Source of the DNA: Candidatus Cloacimonadota bacterium
GTDB taxonomy: Bacteria > Cloacimonadota > Cloacimonadia > Cloacimonadales > TCS61
Reading direction: 5' to 3'
Length of the DNA stretch: 64,000 nucleotides
Assembly (NCBI GenBank): GCA_030600585.1
Contig: JAUVLU010000004.1
Location: forward strand, 19,016 to 83,015
Below, piece after piece: positions 1-9,800 of the stretch (positions are counted from its first letter, which is position 1; each line of letters begins with the position of its first letter). Both the position numbers and the translations under genes were made by a program. Under the pieces are notes generated by a model, which saw nothing but the letters and a program-made list of their open reading frames with translations, was not told the DNA's origin and did no database searches.

Positions 1-383
1 ATATTTGCCAGCTCCAGCATATAAAGGATGTTGGTAAATGTCAGCTCAGATTGAAGCGTAAAACCAATTACATCGAAATGAGAACAGGCAACAGAACTTT
101 CAATTCCAAAAAGAGGAATATTATTTTTATTAAGCAGATCACCAAAATCCGGCCATGGCGCATAAACACGGTCTGCAACTGCATCATTCTCATTATTAAG
201 AATTGTATAGAGAATCTTGAGTCCGAGATGTGAAAAGCCGATTTCATAAACATCGGGGAAGGCAAGACAGAAATTTACACTGTTTACAGAAGGTGTTTTC
301 CCATAACTGTTCAGTTCGTTATTTATATAACGTGCAGGTTTAAGGACGGACTCCAGAAGGTGTTCGTATTTTACCTTAATCAT
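1..383 (-). CDS. B12-binding/radical SAM family protein, N-terminal part (gene runs off the left edge)
   Basis: Reverse-strand ATG at 383-381 opens a frame uninterrupted to position 1: MIKVKYEHLLESVLKPARYINNELNSYGK... The KPxRYxxxExN N-terminus matches what I recall for TIGR03960-type radical SAM proteins. It is absent from the ORF track because it has no stop in the window. Confidence 0.6.
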   Translation of the reverse strand, partial: MIKVKYEHLLESVLKPARYINNELNSYGKTPSVNSVNFCLAFPDVYEIGFSHLGLKILYTILNNENDAVADRVYAPWPDFGDLLNKNNIPLFGIESSVACSHFDVIGFTLQSELTFTNILYMLELAN

Positions 384-392
384 AAATTGATA

Positions 393-1019
393 TTATTCGT
401 CGTAGTTGAATGGGCTTTTTTTATTTTTAAAAAGCAGTTCGTCCAGGTGATCGATTGTATCATTAATTGCTTTTGCCTCGGGTTTTTCGATCTGTTCCAT
501 CATAACTGTTTCTTTTTCTGTTTTTGGAACACTTTTTTTGCTATTATCCGCAGTTGGATTTTCGGTTTTTTCTTTAGGTCTTATCTGCATTTCTGTCTCT
601 GCTTTTTTAAAAGGTGGCCATGTGAGAACTCCATCCCGATATAGGTTAACAACAAGAAAAGATAGGAAGGCGATAACGATGATAAGAAGTATTACAGAGA
701 ATATTTTTGTAGGAATTAAATATTTCTTAGGTTGAAAAGAATTGCTTTTGGGTACATATTGTGGTTTTGTGTTAAACTGATTTTCCAGAAGTTCATGAAT
801 TTGATCTTCAGTTATTCCCAGTGCTTTAGCATAAGTTAATATCATGGCTTTAGCATAACCAATTCCACCGAGATCATCAAAAAGATTACTTTCAAGTTTT
901 TCCAAAAGCCGCACCTTTATCTTTGTGCTTTCCGAGATGTCTTCAAGTGTTAAATTCTTCTTCTCTCTAACCGTATTTAAATATTTTCCAATTGTTATGT
1001 TCTCTACAGAATTTTCCAT
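393..1019 (-). CDS. RodZ-like helix-turn-helix membrane protein
   Basis: 208 aa. N-terminal Xre-type HTH (IGKYLNTVREKKNLTLEDISESTKIKVRLLEKLE), then a single TM helix (IFSVILLIIVIAFLSFLVV) and a charged tail. This is the RodZ architecture. Confidence 0.6.
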   Translation of the reverse strand: MENSVENITIGKYLNTVREKKNLTLEDISESTKIKVRLLEKLESNLFDDLGGIGYAKAMILTYAKALGITEDQIHELLENQFNTKPQYVPKSNSFQPKKYLIPTKIFSVILLIIVIAFLSFLVVNLYRDGVLTWPPFKKAETEMQIRPKEKTENPTADNSKKSVPKTEKETVMMEQIEKPEAKAINDTIDHLDELLFKNKKSPFNYDE

Positions 1020-1024
1020 AGTAT

Positions 1025-1348
1025 TTACCTCAAATTATTAATTAATACAATTCCGGCAATCACTCCGGCAGTGTCATAAGCCAAATCATACCAGTTGAAA
1101 CCGGTTTTCTTAAGTTTTTTATCACTATACTCTTTTGCAGTTCCCAAAGCAAGGGTAAATGAAACAGCAAAATAGACACTTTTTTTGGAAGAATGTCCCA
1201 GAATATCTTTGTTCATTCCATAATTCCAGTATGTAAGAAATGCACTTCCGGTAAAATGCAGAACTTTATCTTCTCCCAGCCATTTACTTTTTGCGGGTAG
1301 AGAGACAGCCAGAAGAATAATTAAAATGATGAATAAATATTTTTTCAT
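1025..1348 (-). CDS. small secreted/lipoprotein-like protein (possibly DUF2279/YfiM-like)
   Basis: 107 aa with an N-terminal signal/TM (MKKYLFIILIILLAVSL) and a DKVLHF motif. It overlaps the dapF stop by 4 nt, which suggests an operon. Function not recognised with certainty. Confidence 0.5.
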   Translation of the reverse strand: MKKYLFIILIILLAVSLPAKSKWLGEDKVLHFTGSAFLTYWNYGMNKDILGHSSKKSVYFAVSFTLALGTAKEYSDKKLKKTGFNWYDLAYDTAGVIAGIVLINNLR

Positions 1349-2127
1349 ATTTCTATACTTCCTTCAAACACATATTCCACTTTTCCGGTTAGGAAAATAT
1401 TGTTTTCCTTTAGTTCCACAGTAACGCTTCCACCCTGCATTTGCACAATAACAGGAGATGAGAGAATTCCTTTTTTCATTCCGCTGAAGGCAGCGGCACA
1501 GGCTCCTGTTCCGCAGGCAAGAGTTGCACCGCTCCCGCGTTCCCATACTTTTATCTCAATTTCATTTTTGTTTATTATCTTTACGAATTCAACATTGATC
1601 CCATCGGGAAAATAGGCAGGGTTATCTATAATAGGTCCCTGATATTTGGCAATATTCTCCGAGAAGGATTTTATGAAAGTAACAAAATGAGAATTGCCAA
1701 CCGAGATCAAACTTCCTATATGTTCATTTATCTCGATCTCTTTATTCTGAATAAATTCAGGAACGCCGAGATCAATTGCCACCAGTTTTTCTTCTTTATC
1801 TTTGATCAGCCCTGTTTTAATGCCTGCAAGTGTTTCCACAGTCACTTCATTTTTCCCTGAAATCTGCGATAAATAATAAGAGACACAGCGTAGCGCAGAA
1901 CCGCACATCTTGCCTTCAGAGCCGTCTGCATTGAACATTCTCATTCCGGCATCGCAGGTTTCTGAGTTGAGCATTAAAACAATACCGTCTGAGCCGATAC
2001 CAAAATTTCTATTAGAAAGTTGTACTGCAAGTTTAGAAATCTCTATCTTTGGAAGTGGTTTATTTATAAAGTCAAAATAAATATAATCGTTTCCTTGAGC
2101 GTGCATTTTAAAGAAATCTAATTTCAT
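1345..2127 (-). CDS. dapF: diaminopimelate epimerase
   Basis: 260 aa. FFKMHAQGNDYIYFD N-terminus plus two catalytic Cys contexts (MCGSALRC and ACGTGACAAA) typical of DapF. Adjacent to dapB. Confidence 0.85.
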   Translation of the reverse strand: MKLDFFKMHAQGNDYIYFDFINKPLPKIEISKLAVQLSNRNFGIGSDGIVLMLNSETCDAGMRMFNADGSEGKMCGSALRCVSYYLSQISGKNEVTVETLAGIKTGLIKDKEEKLVAIDLGVPEFIQNKEIEINEHIGSLISVGNSHFVTFIKSFSENIAKYQGPIIDNPAYFPDGINVEFVKIINKNEIEIKVWERGSGATLACGTGACAAAFSGMKKGILSSPVIVQMQGGSVTVELKENNIFLTGKVEYVFEGSIEI

Positions 2128-2133
2128 AAAATA

Positions 2134-2871
2134 TCAACCTATAATCTCGTCTAATTTATCTGTAAAATTATAAAATCCTGTTTTATTATTGATCCATTTT
2201 GCAGCTCTTATTGCACCGAGAGCAAGACCGTTCCTGTTACGTGCTGTGTGTTTCAATTCTATCGTATCAGCTTCCGAATCAAAGCTGATGGAGTGCATTC
2301 CGGGTATATCGCCACAACGGATGCTGGAAAAATGGAATTCATCTTTTTCTATTTTTCTATCAAGTTTTTCATATTGAGCAAAGTTTTTTCTATCAATGTT
2401 TTTCAAGATGATTTCCGAAAGAACTTTTGCAGTTCCGGAAGGGCTGTCCTTCTTGTTTTTGTGGTGCATTTCCAATCCGTAAAGGTCGTAATCTTCTATC
2501 CGGTTCATCAGTTTTGCGGTAGATTCGACAATTGAGAAAAACAAATTCATTCCAACCGAGAAATTTGATCCGTAAATAAATCCGGTTCCCGCATCTTCTA
2601 CCAATAATTTGATCTTATCGAGTTCATCGAACCAGCCGGTAGTTCCCGTAACAACGTTCTTACTCAATTTAATTAATTTTTGTATGTTGGCAAAGGCAGC
2701 GTCAGGTGTAGAAAATTCAATGCATACATCGGCATCTGCAACTGTATCGGCAGTTATATCATTACCCAAAATCGGATCTATCTTTGCTACAATTTCACAA
2801 TTATTTTGCAAGGCAATCTGCTCGATGAGTTTGCCCATCCGGCCATAACCAATTAATGCAATTTTTAACAT
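2134..2871 (-). CDS. dapB: 4-hydroxy-tetrahydrodipicolinate reductase
   Basis: 245 aa. Rossmann N-terminus (KIALIGYGRMGK) and the DapB signature E-x-HH-x-x-K-x-D-S-P-S-G-T-A (EMHHKNKKDSPSGTA). Confidence 0.9.
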   Translation of the reverse strand: MLKIALIGYGRMGKLIEQIALQNNCEIVAKIDPILGNDITADTVADADVCIEFSTPDAAFANIQKLIKLSKNVVTGTTGWFDELDKIKLLVEDAGTGFIYGSNFSVGMNLFFSIVESTAKLMNRIEDYDLYGLEMHHKNKKDSPSGTAKVLSEIILKNIDRKNFAQYEKLDRKIEKDEFHFSSIRCGDIPGMHSISFDSEADTIELKHTARNRNGLALGAIRAAKWINNKTGFYNFTDKLDEIIG

Positions 2872-2916
2872 ATATTATCCTTTTTACAGCTTTAATTTAC
2901 AACTAACAATAACAAA

Positions 2917-3128
2917 CCTGTCTTCGTCCCGAAAGCATTCAGGACTACGCCATGGCAGGCAAACACGAACTAAAGAAAAGAGCAAGTCCAAATTATCCTT
3001 CGATACACTGCTTTGCAGCACTCAGGATGACACTAGCTCGGGGAGATAATTAATCATGTAGAAACAATGTCATGGTGAGTCCTTCGACAAAGCTCAGGAC
3101 AGGCTTAGTCGAACCATCATTGTTTCTA
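2917..3128. repeat. cluster of dispersed palindromic (REP/MITE-like) repeats
   Basis: Perfect 11-bp inverted repeat tagaaacaatg (3059-3069) / cattgtttcta (3118-3128) encloses tgtcatggtgag...ctcaggaca. Upstream lie ccttcgatacactg...ctcaggatgaca and tcccgaaagcattcagga, words that recur at 5.9, 13.6, 24.4, 37.8-38.0 and 44.4 kb. Confidence 0.7.
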
Positions 3129-3174
3129 AACAAACTGAACCGAACAACGTTTTTTTGTTGGCTGTTTATCACAT

Positions 3175-4299
3175 CTATCTTTTTGAATACTCTCTGATAA
3201 CTTCTTTAACCCATTTAGCTCCATTTTCCAGATCGATGAGTTTTATAAATTCATTAACGGTGTGAACATCTTCCATACCGCTTCCTACAACTGCCATTTT
3301 CATGCCTTTATAATTAAAGATGTTAGCATCACTGCCGCCGCCGCCGATCCCACTTTTAAATGGTAAACCAATATTTTCAGTAGCTTTTTTTGCAAGAAGT
3401 ATGCACGGATCGTTATCTTCAATAACAAAAGCCGAATATTCCATTTCGATCTTTGATTCTACAGATGCCTGGAAATCACCAAGTTTGTATTTTGCTGCAG
3501 TATCTAATAATATCTGTTTAACATCATCTGTTACTTTTTGCAATTTTTCTTTATTATGACTTCTTGCTTCAGCTTTCAAAATAACCTTTTTTGGAATTAT
3601 ATTTGTAGCAGTTCCACCGGTTATTGTTCCAATACTGCAGGTAGTTTCATCATCAATTCTACCAAGCTTCATTTTGGAAATTGCTTCCGCTGAAATTTGA
3701 ATGGCACTTACTCCGAATTCCGGAGCAGCTCCTGCGTGAGATTCTTTCCCGTGAATTGTGAATTCCATACTATTTTGTGAGGGTGCACCGGTTACGGCAT
3801 GACCAATTTCATGTGAATCCAGAGCATAACCGAAATCAGATTTTATATTAGATAGATCAAAATATTTTGCACCAAAAAGTCCAATCTCTTCTGAGATAGT
3901 AAACAGCACTTCGATGGGAGCATGATCTTCGTTAGCTTCCTTGAGTTCCTTTATAGCCCATATAATTTCAGCTATACCTGATTTATCGTCTGAGCCGAGA
4001 ATTGTTGTTCCATCAGAAGTAATTCTATCGTCTTTGATCTGTGGTTTAATGCCGTTTCCAGGAACAACTGTATCCATGTGCGCACAGAACAGAATAGGCT
4101 TTTTATCAATATTCCCATGAAAGCAGCCAAACAGGTTTCCAATATTTCCACCGGTCTTTTCATTAGCATTATCAAAAGTAACTTCTGCACCCAATAGTCG
4201 CAAATCTTCAGCGATCTTCAAAGCTACCTCTTTTTCATTTTTAGATTCACTATCAATCTTGATCAGCGAAATAAAATAATCTACAAGTGTTTCTTTCAT
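3175..4299 (-). CDS. M20-family metallopeptidase, peptidase T-like
   Basis: 374 aa. Metal-ligand motifs CAHMDTV, GSDDKSGIAEI and SEEIGLFGA are typical of M20/PepT-like tripeptidases. Confidence 0.75.
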   Translation of the reverse strand: MKETLVDYFISLIKIDSESKNEKEVALKIAEDLRLLGAEVTFDNANEKTGGNIGNLFGCFHGNIDKKPILFCAHMDTVVPGNGIKPQIKDDRITSDGTTILGSDDKSGIAEIIWAIKELKEANEDHAPIEVLFTISEEIGLFGAKYFDLSNIKSDFGYALDSHEIGHAVTGAPSQNSMEFTIHGKESHAGAAPEFGVSAIQISAEAISKMKLGRIDDETTCSIGTITGGTATNIIPKKVILKAEARSHNKEKLQKVTDDVKQILLDTAAKYKLGDFQASVESKIEMEYSAFVIEDNDPCILLAKKATENIGLPFKSGIGGGGSDANIFNYKGMKMAVVGSGMEDVHTVNEFIKLIDLENGAKWVKEVIREYSKR

Positions 4300-4422
4300 A
4301 TCCTCACCTTATTTTTTAAATGAAAGTTGAAGGGAGAGCATTTTCTGTCAACAGGAAAAATTGATAGACAGATTCTTTGTTACTGCATTATTTGATACAT
4401 AGAAAGTCAACCGGAGGAAATT

Positions 4423-4872
4423 TTGAACAGAATCATCTTGGTATCATTGCTAATATCAATATTTTTTGGATGCAGTTCAAATGCGCAATTTAAAACTAAA
4501 GGAACTTCAAAAAATCATCTGCATCAGAGATTCGGGAAGTCGGAAGTTTATGAAACAAAGGTCAAAAATGGTGACGAATTTTATTTTGTATGTTCATATT
4601 ATGGAAAAAAATTCCATGGACGTCAAACTGCAAACGGTGAAATTTTTGACATGAATAAACTGACCTGTGCTCATAAAACACTTCCTTTCAACACAAAATT
4701 AGAAGTTACAAATGAAGATAGTGGGAAATCTGTGATTGTGCGTGTGAATGATCGCGGACCTTTTATAAAAGGAAGAGATCTGGACTTGTCACGTGCAGCT
4801 GCAAACGAAATCGGATTGATACCATACGGCGTTAAAAAATTGAAAATAAGAATTTTAGAAGATAATGAATAA
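4423..4872 (+). CDS. rlpA: septal ring lytic transglycosylase RlpA-family lipoprotein (DPBB domain)
   Basis: TTG start and a lipobox-like signal (LLISIFFGCSS). SYYGKKFHGRQTANGEIFDMNKLTCAHKTLPFNTKLEVTN...VIVRVNDRGPF is the RlpA double-psi beta-barrel signature. Confidence 0.8.
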   Translation: MNRIILVSLLISIFFGCSSNAQFKTKGTSKNHLHQRFGKSEVYETKVKNGDEFYFVCSYYGKKFHGRQTANGEIFDMNKLTCAHKTLPFNTKLEVTNEDSGKSVIVRVNDRGPFIKGRDLDLSRAAANEIGLIPYGVKKLKIRILEDNE

Positions 4873-5764
4873 ATTTTTGGAAATAAACAAAAAAGTAAAA
4901 CAAGCGTTAGAAAATAATAAGCCTGTTATTGCTTTAGAATCTACAATAATCTCACATGGAATGCCGTATCCTGAGAATATCAGGGTAGCAAAAAATCTGG
5001 AAAAAATAGCTGAAGATGCCGGAGTGATTCCTGCTACTATTTGTTTGATGAATGGGAAAATAAAGATCGGGTTGAATGATGACGAACTGGAAATACTGGC
5101 AGTCAGCAAAGATGTAGCCAAAGTGTCACGCAGGGATTTCAGCCGAATATTAGCTTCAAAAAAAATTGGTGCTACAACAGTTGCTGCTACAATGATCGCT
5201 GCAAACCTGGCTGGCATAAAAGTTTTTGCAACAGGTGGAATTGGTGGTGTTCATCGTGGTGCAAAAGACTCATTTGATATATCTGCAGATCTACAAGAGT
5301 TTGCTCAAACTCCCGTGATTGTTGTTTCTGCCGGTGCAAAGGCAATTCTTGATCTTCCCAAAACTCTGGAAATGTTGGAAACTTTTGGCGTGCCGGTTTA
5401 TGGATTTCAAACTGAACTTTTCCCGGCTTTCTACTCTGCAGAGAGCAATCTGCACATCGATAGAATAGATTCTGAAAAAGAGATCGCTGATATTTACAAA
5501 ACTAATATAAAACTTGGTTTAAAAAATGGAATATTGGTGGCAAATCCGATTCCTAAAAAATATGAAATACCATTTAGTGAGATGGATGAACACATTAAAA
5601 AAGCTTTGGAAAGAGCAAAAATATATAATGTTACCGGCAGGGAATTAACTCCTTTCTTGCTGGCAGAAATTGTGAAAATAACTAAAGGTTCTTCGCTGGA
5701 AACAAATATAAGACTTGTAGAAAATAATGTTGCTTTAGCTTGCAGAATAGCTAAGAAGTTTTAA
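4865..5764 (+). CDS. psuG: pseudouridine-5-phosphate glycosidase
   Basis: 299 aa. ALESTIISHGMPYPEN and GGIGGVHRGA motifs are typical of PsuG/IndA. It overlaps the rlpA stop by 8 nt. Confidence 0.85.
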   Translation: MNKFLEINKKVKQALENNKPVIALESTIISHGMPYPENIRVAKNLEKIAEDAGVIPATICLMNGKIKIGLNDDELEILAVSKDVAKVSRRDFSRILASKKIGATTVAATMIAANLAGIKVFATGGIGGVHRGAKDSFDISADLQEFAQTPVIVVSAGAKAILDLPKTLEMLETFGVPVYGFQTELFPAFYSAESNLHIDRIDSEKEIADIYKTNIKLGLKNGILVANPIPKKYEIPFSEMDEHIKKALERAKIYNVTGRELTPFLLAEIVKITKGSSLETNIRLVENNVALACRIAKKF

Positions 5765-5770
5765 TTAGAA

Positions 5771-6080
5771 CACTCCGTCTTTCTGAGGAATTCAGCTTGC
5801 TTTTCCCACGAAGATTTATCCGCCGTGGAGGAATCTGGAGTGTGTGAAATATTACCATCTACACAAGCTATATTGAGACTCTTCCGACTACGTCCCAATA
5901 ACGGGACTTCGACGTGACAAGTCGTCTAATGCCTTTGCAATCCCGAAAGCTTTTGGAACTCAGAGTGACAAGATAACCTTTTCTTCTTGTTGATAAGTTG
6001 AACTTATCGACATAATTGCGTTTGCAAGTTCAACTTGCGAACGAGTAATAGTTCGGTCAATTCGGGGAATTGACCCTACA
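5771..6080. repeat. cluster of dispersed palindromic (REP/MITE-like) repeats
   Basis: Contains ccgtctttctgagg...ccacgaagat (same family as 15603 and 44601) and atcccgaaagcttttggaactcagagtgaca (same as 38020-38050). Several perfect hairpins are present: gataagtt/aacttatc, ggtcaattc/gaattgacc and ttgcaagtt/aacttgcga. Confidence 0.7.
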
Positions 6081-6084
6081 GAAT

Positions 6085-6456
6085 TCAAAAAGCCTGCATC
6101 ATCATATCCCAGGGTAAGTTTAATATTTTATTCTGAAGTACGTTGAATGGGATTTGAAGAATGTTCCAGATTCCCCACATTAGAAGTAAAGACCAAAAAT
6201 CATATCTATACAATCCCCATAATACAAAAAATGAAAGTACTATAGTGAGAATACCGCCATCCAGAAAATTGCTTACCATTGAGCCGTAAAAACCTTGAAA
6301 AGAAATAAATCCTAATAAGGAAATTACGAATATTAACGAGGTAGCAAGGAGTGCCTTTTTGTAACTTTGACGTTCTTCGGTAATACCGCTTATCGCCCAT
6401 AAAATTATTGCGTTAATTGGTATGAATAAAATTGAAATAATTATTTTACCTAACAT
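6085..6456 (-). CDS. hypothetical integral membrane protein
   Basis: 123 aa with about 4 hydrophobic helices. No recognisable motif. Confidence 0.5.
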   Translation of the reverse strand: MLGKIIISILFIPINAIILWAISGITEERQSYKKALLATSLIFVISLLGFISFQGFYGSMVSNFLDGGILTIVLSFFVLWGLYRYDFWSLLLMWGIWNILQIPFNVLQNKILNLPWDMMMQAF

Positions 6457-6606
6457 ATTTATTTTTCCTCCATAAACTTTTCATTTTCCCTTTAATTTTA
6501 TTATTGAATACAAACGATTTTAAAAAAGATATTTAGTCAAATAGAAAATAAAAGAAAATGAATTTCTGCATAATAGAGTGTTTTTGTAAGAAAAATGAAA
6601 GATAAT

Positions 6607-6721
6607 GTCTTTGCGAGTTATTTTATCTTGTTGTTACGAACGAAGCAATCTCTTTTATACTAATTGTTTACAAACTTAGATTGCTTCAATAGAATCTCTC
6701 CGTAAGAAACCTCGCAATGAC
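6607..6721. repeat. MITE-like nested inverted repeat
   Basis: Outer inverted repeat gtctttgcgag (6607-6617) / ctcgcaatgac (6711-6721), 10/11 complementary. Inner perfect 10-bp inverted repeat gaagcaatct (6642-6651) / agattgcttc (6678-6687). The gtctttgcga word recurs at 37924. Confidence 0.6.
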
Positions 6722-6835
6722 TATAAAGGTATTATGCAGAACCATTTTAAAAAAAAATTAAAAAAGAAATTATTAGACAAATTTAATTGAATCATAAAAA
6801 TCCATTTTTAAATGATTTGGAGATGGAGTATTGAT

Positions 6836-9800
6836 ATGAGAAAGATCGATCTTGTTTTTATTATTATGATTATTACAGCTTCCCTTTTTTCGGTGATCGA
6901 AGAAACCGAATCATTAAAAAACTTTCTGTATGCAGAAGCTTCCAACTGTGAATATGATAATTGGATGAGTCATGTTACTGAGGGAATTGCCGATCCCGGC
7001 TATAATCTTTATGCTCCATGGGATGTGCAGTCCGAAGGTTTTGGAGATTATGTGATTCCAACAGAGGACGATCTTTTGACATGGGGATTGATTATTGATG
7101 AATTCCTGCTTGGTAACCTGGATGAAGCACAAAGCATGATCGATGCAACTTCTTATCCCTACGAAATTGTGATTTTTAATGATACCGATACCGATCGTAC
7201 TTTTTATATGCTGCGTGAAATTCCCAATGATTCACATTATGATGATAACCAGACCGAAGATCCGGGTGATGATGAATTCGGCGCATTTGATTACGGCTGG
7301 GGATTGTATATTTATTATCCCGAAGGAGAATATCCGCACATTATTACAGCACCGCATCCTAATGATGATTATATTACAGTTCCCATAGCTTATAAAACAT
7401 TTATAGATATTAACTCAAAATTTTTACTTATCTCAGGTTGCGGAAGAGAAGTTGTATGGACGAATTCCGGCTCTTATTCTAACAGCAAATCGCTTTGTGA
7501 TCCTTCCAGGAAAGAAGAACATGTTTTTAATGTTAGCTATCAAAAATTCTGTGATCTTATCCGGGATGAATTTAACCGACATGAGTTCAGCTTGCAGATA
7601 CATAGTTACGATTGGGGGAGCAGGCATTGGGGATATCCAAATGTGCAGATCTCAGCCGGTTATTATATCGGATCACCAGATCTTCCAATAAGAGATCATT
7701 CATCAATGGGAAATGATATAGTTAATGTCTCTGATCCTGTTGTTCATCCGGCAAATTCTGTTGGATTACACGCTCCAGTATATTTGAATGATTTTTATGG
7801 TTTCCATTGCAGTGAATATGATTTTAATTTTTCAAATAGTGATACGACTTTTGCTGTTAATACGGATATAGATCTCTGGGGATACAGCACAAATCGTCAG
7901 ATCGTTTATACAAATTCCGGTTTAAGTAATTATGATAATATCGAAAGATTTCTGCATCTCGAAATGGATGAACTTCCCAATATTTACGCGCAAACAGTAA
8001 ATAATTATCATTGGTTTCATGGGTGGGATCCGGCAACTCAAACCTGGGATATGGAACACAGATTTGATTATTCTTTCGCATATTATTCTTCATGGATAGA
8101 TGCCTTAGCAGAGGCTCTCCCCGCAGTTTATGAAATGAATGATAATGAAATTCCGGTTGCCCCGAGTGAGCTTCAGGTTGTAACGGAATGCGCAGATCAT
8201 ATTGAAATTCAATGGACTTCCGGAGACTGCTTTGATATGGATACTTATAAAATTCTCTATTCTACTCAGCCAATATCAAGTGGCGGATATTCCATAAAGG
8301 ACAAAGATAATTTCGGGAAACTCGCATGTTTGGCACAAGATAGTTATACTTTAGGCGGGTTATATCCTGGAGCAGGATACTATTTTGCAATTTGCATTCA
8401 GGATAAGAATGGTAACGAATCTGAATTATCCAACGAAGTATTTGGAACAACCGGTCCTGCCGCAATTGATGATTTTATAAGTTATGGAAGAGATGAATAT
8501 ATCAATTTGGAATGGGAAGCTTCTGCTGCCGGCGCATATTCCGGGTTCAATATTTATAGGAAAACATCTGAAAGTGATTTTATTTTGTTGGATTCATGGA
8601 TTGTGAATCCTGAACTTGTAGGGTTTCAAGGTGAAAATGTTCCATATTTCTATATTGATTCTAATGTTGAAAACGGACAAATTTATACTTATAAACTGGG
8701 GTTTGAAGATAATGATATTGAATATCTTTTCGGTGAAATATCTTCTGCTGTCTCACAAGAAATATTTGAAATATATGCTTCTCAAACAACCGGAACCTTA
8801 AGTGATACTTGCTATTTTGGATATAATGAATTTGCTTCCGACGGTTATGATACTAATTTTGAAATTGAAGCTGATGATTCAACTGCCGGAGAATATTTTT
8901 TCTGCCAGTTCTATGAACAATACTGGAGCAGTAGTGTTCCTGAAAATTATGAACAGGAGATCTACGGAGCTTACAATACCGAAGAACAACTCAAAAGCTG
9001 GATCTATCGAGTGCGCACAAATTATTTGAATACACCGATTGAAATAGGAATTGCAAATCCGGAGAGAAATGCCGAAAGATCCTACCTTTATGTAAATGGG
9101 CAATATACCGACCTCTCAACTACCACATATACATTCACTCCAACCACTTCAAATTATTACAGTTTCACTCTCTATTATGGGAACTTAACACCTTCACTTG
9201 AATTTGATGATGTTCCAAACCAACTGCTTTATCCAAACGAAATCCTTGATATAAGTTGGTCGGTGAATATGAATTCTACTATCGATCATATAAATGTTTA
9301 TGCAGAAAATGATGAGATTACAATTCCGATTGAGTTGGAATTATTACCAACTACTTCTAACGTTGAATGGATTATCCCACAACTACTATTTGAAGACCTT
9401 AATTGCAGGATAGATCTAATTATGGATGAAGGCGATACATTGCATTATTATTCACCTTACAGTTTTGGGATAATCTCTCCGCAAAATATCGTGGAAACTT
9501 ATCAGGGTTGGGATCTGATGACTAAGAATTTTGATACAGATCAATATTCAACAGAGGAGATATTCGGTGAGAATGTTGAATTTTATGAATTTATAAATAA
9601 TGAATTTAACATGGTCGATGAACCGGTATTTCTGCATCCTTACTGGAATTATGCACCGCAAAACAATTATTTTACTTTGGATAATGCAACAATGCAGAAG
9701 ACGGCGTACGGAACACAACTGAACTTAGGATGGAATATTATTCCAAATCCGCATAAGGCACATTATGATCTTGATCAGTTAGTGTTTTCTGTTAATAATG

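Noticed and set aside
6812-6835. Upstream track starts for secreted proteins (6812, 10877, 28335, 34260, 58906, 20947, 25343, 27153, 27135)
   Set aside because: In each case an internal ATG preceded by a GGAGG-type ribosome-binding site yields a typical signal peptide or the conserved N-terminus. The upstream extension adds non-conserved residues, often reading through the ribosome-binding site itself.
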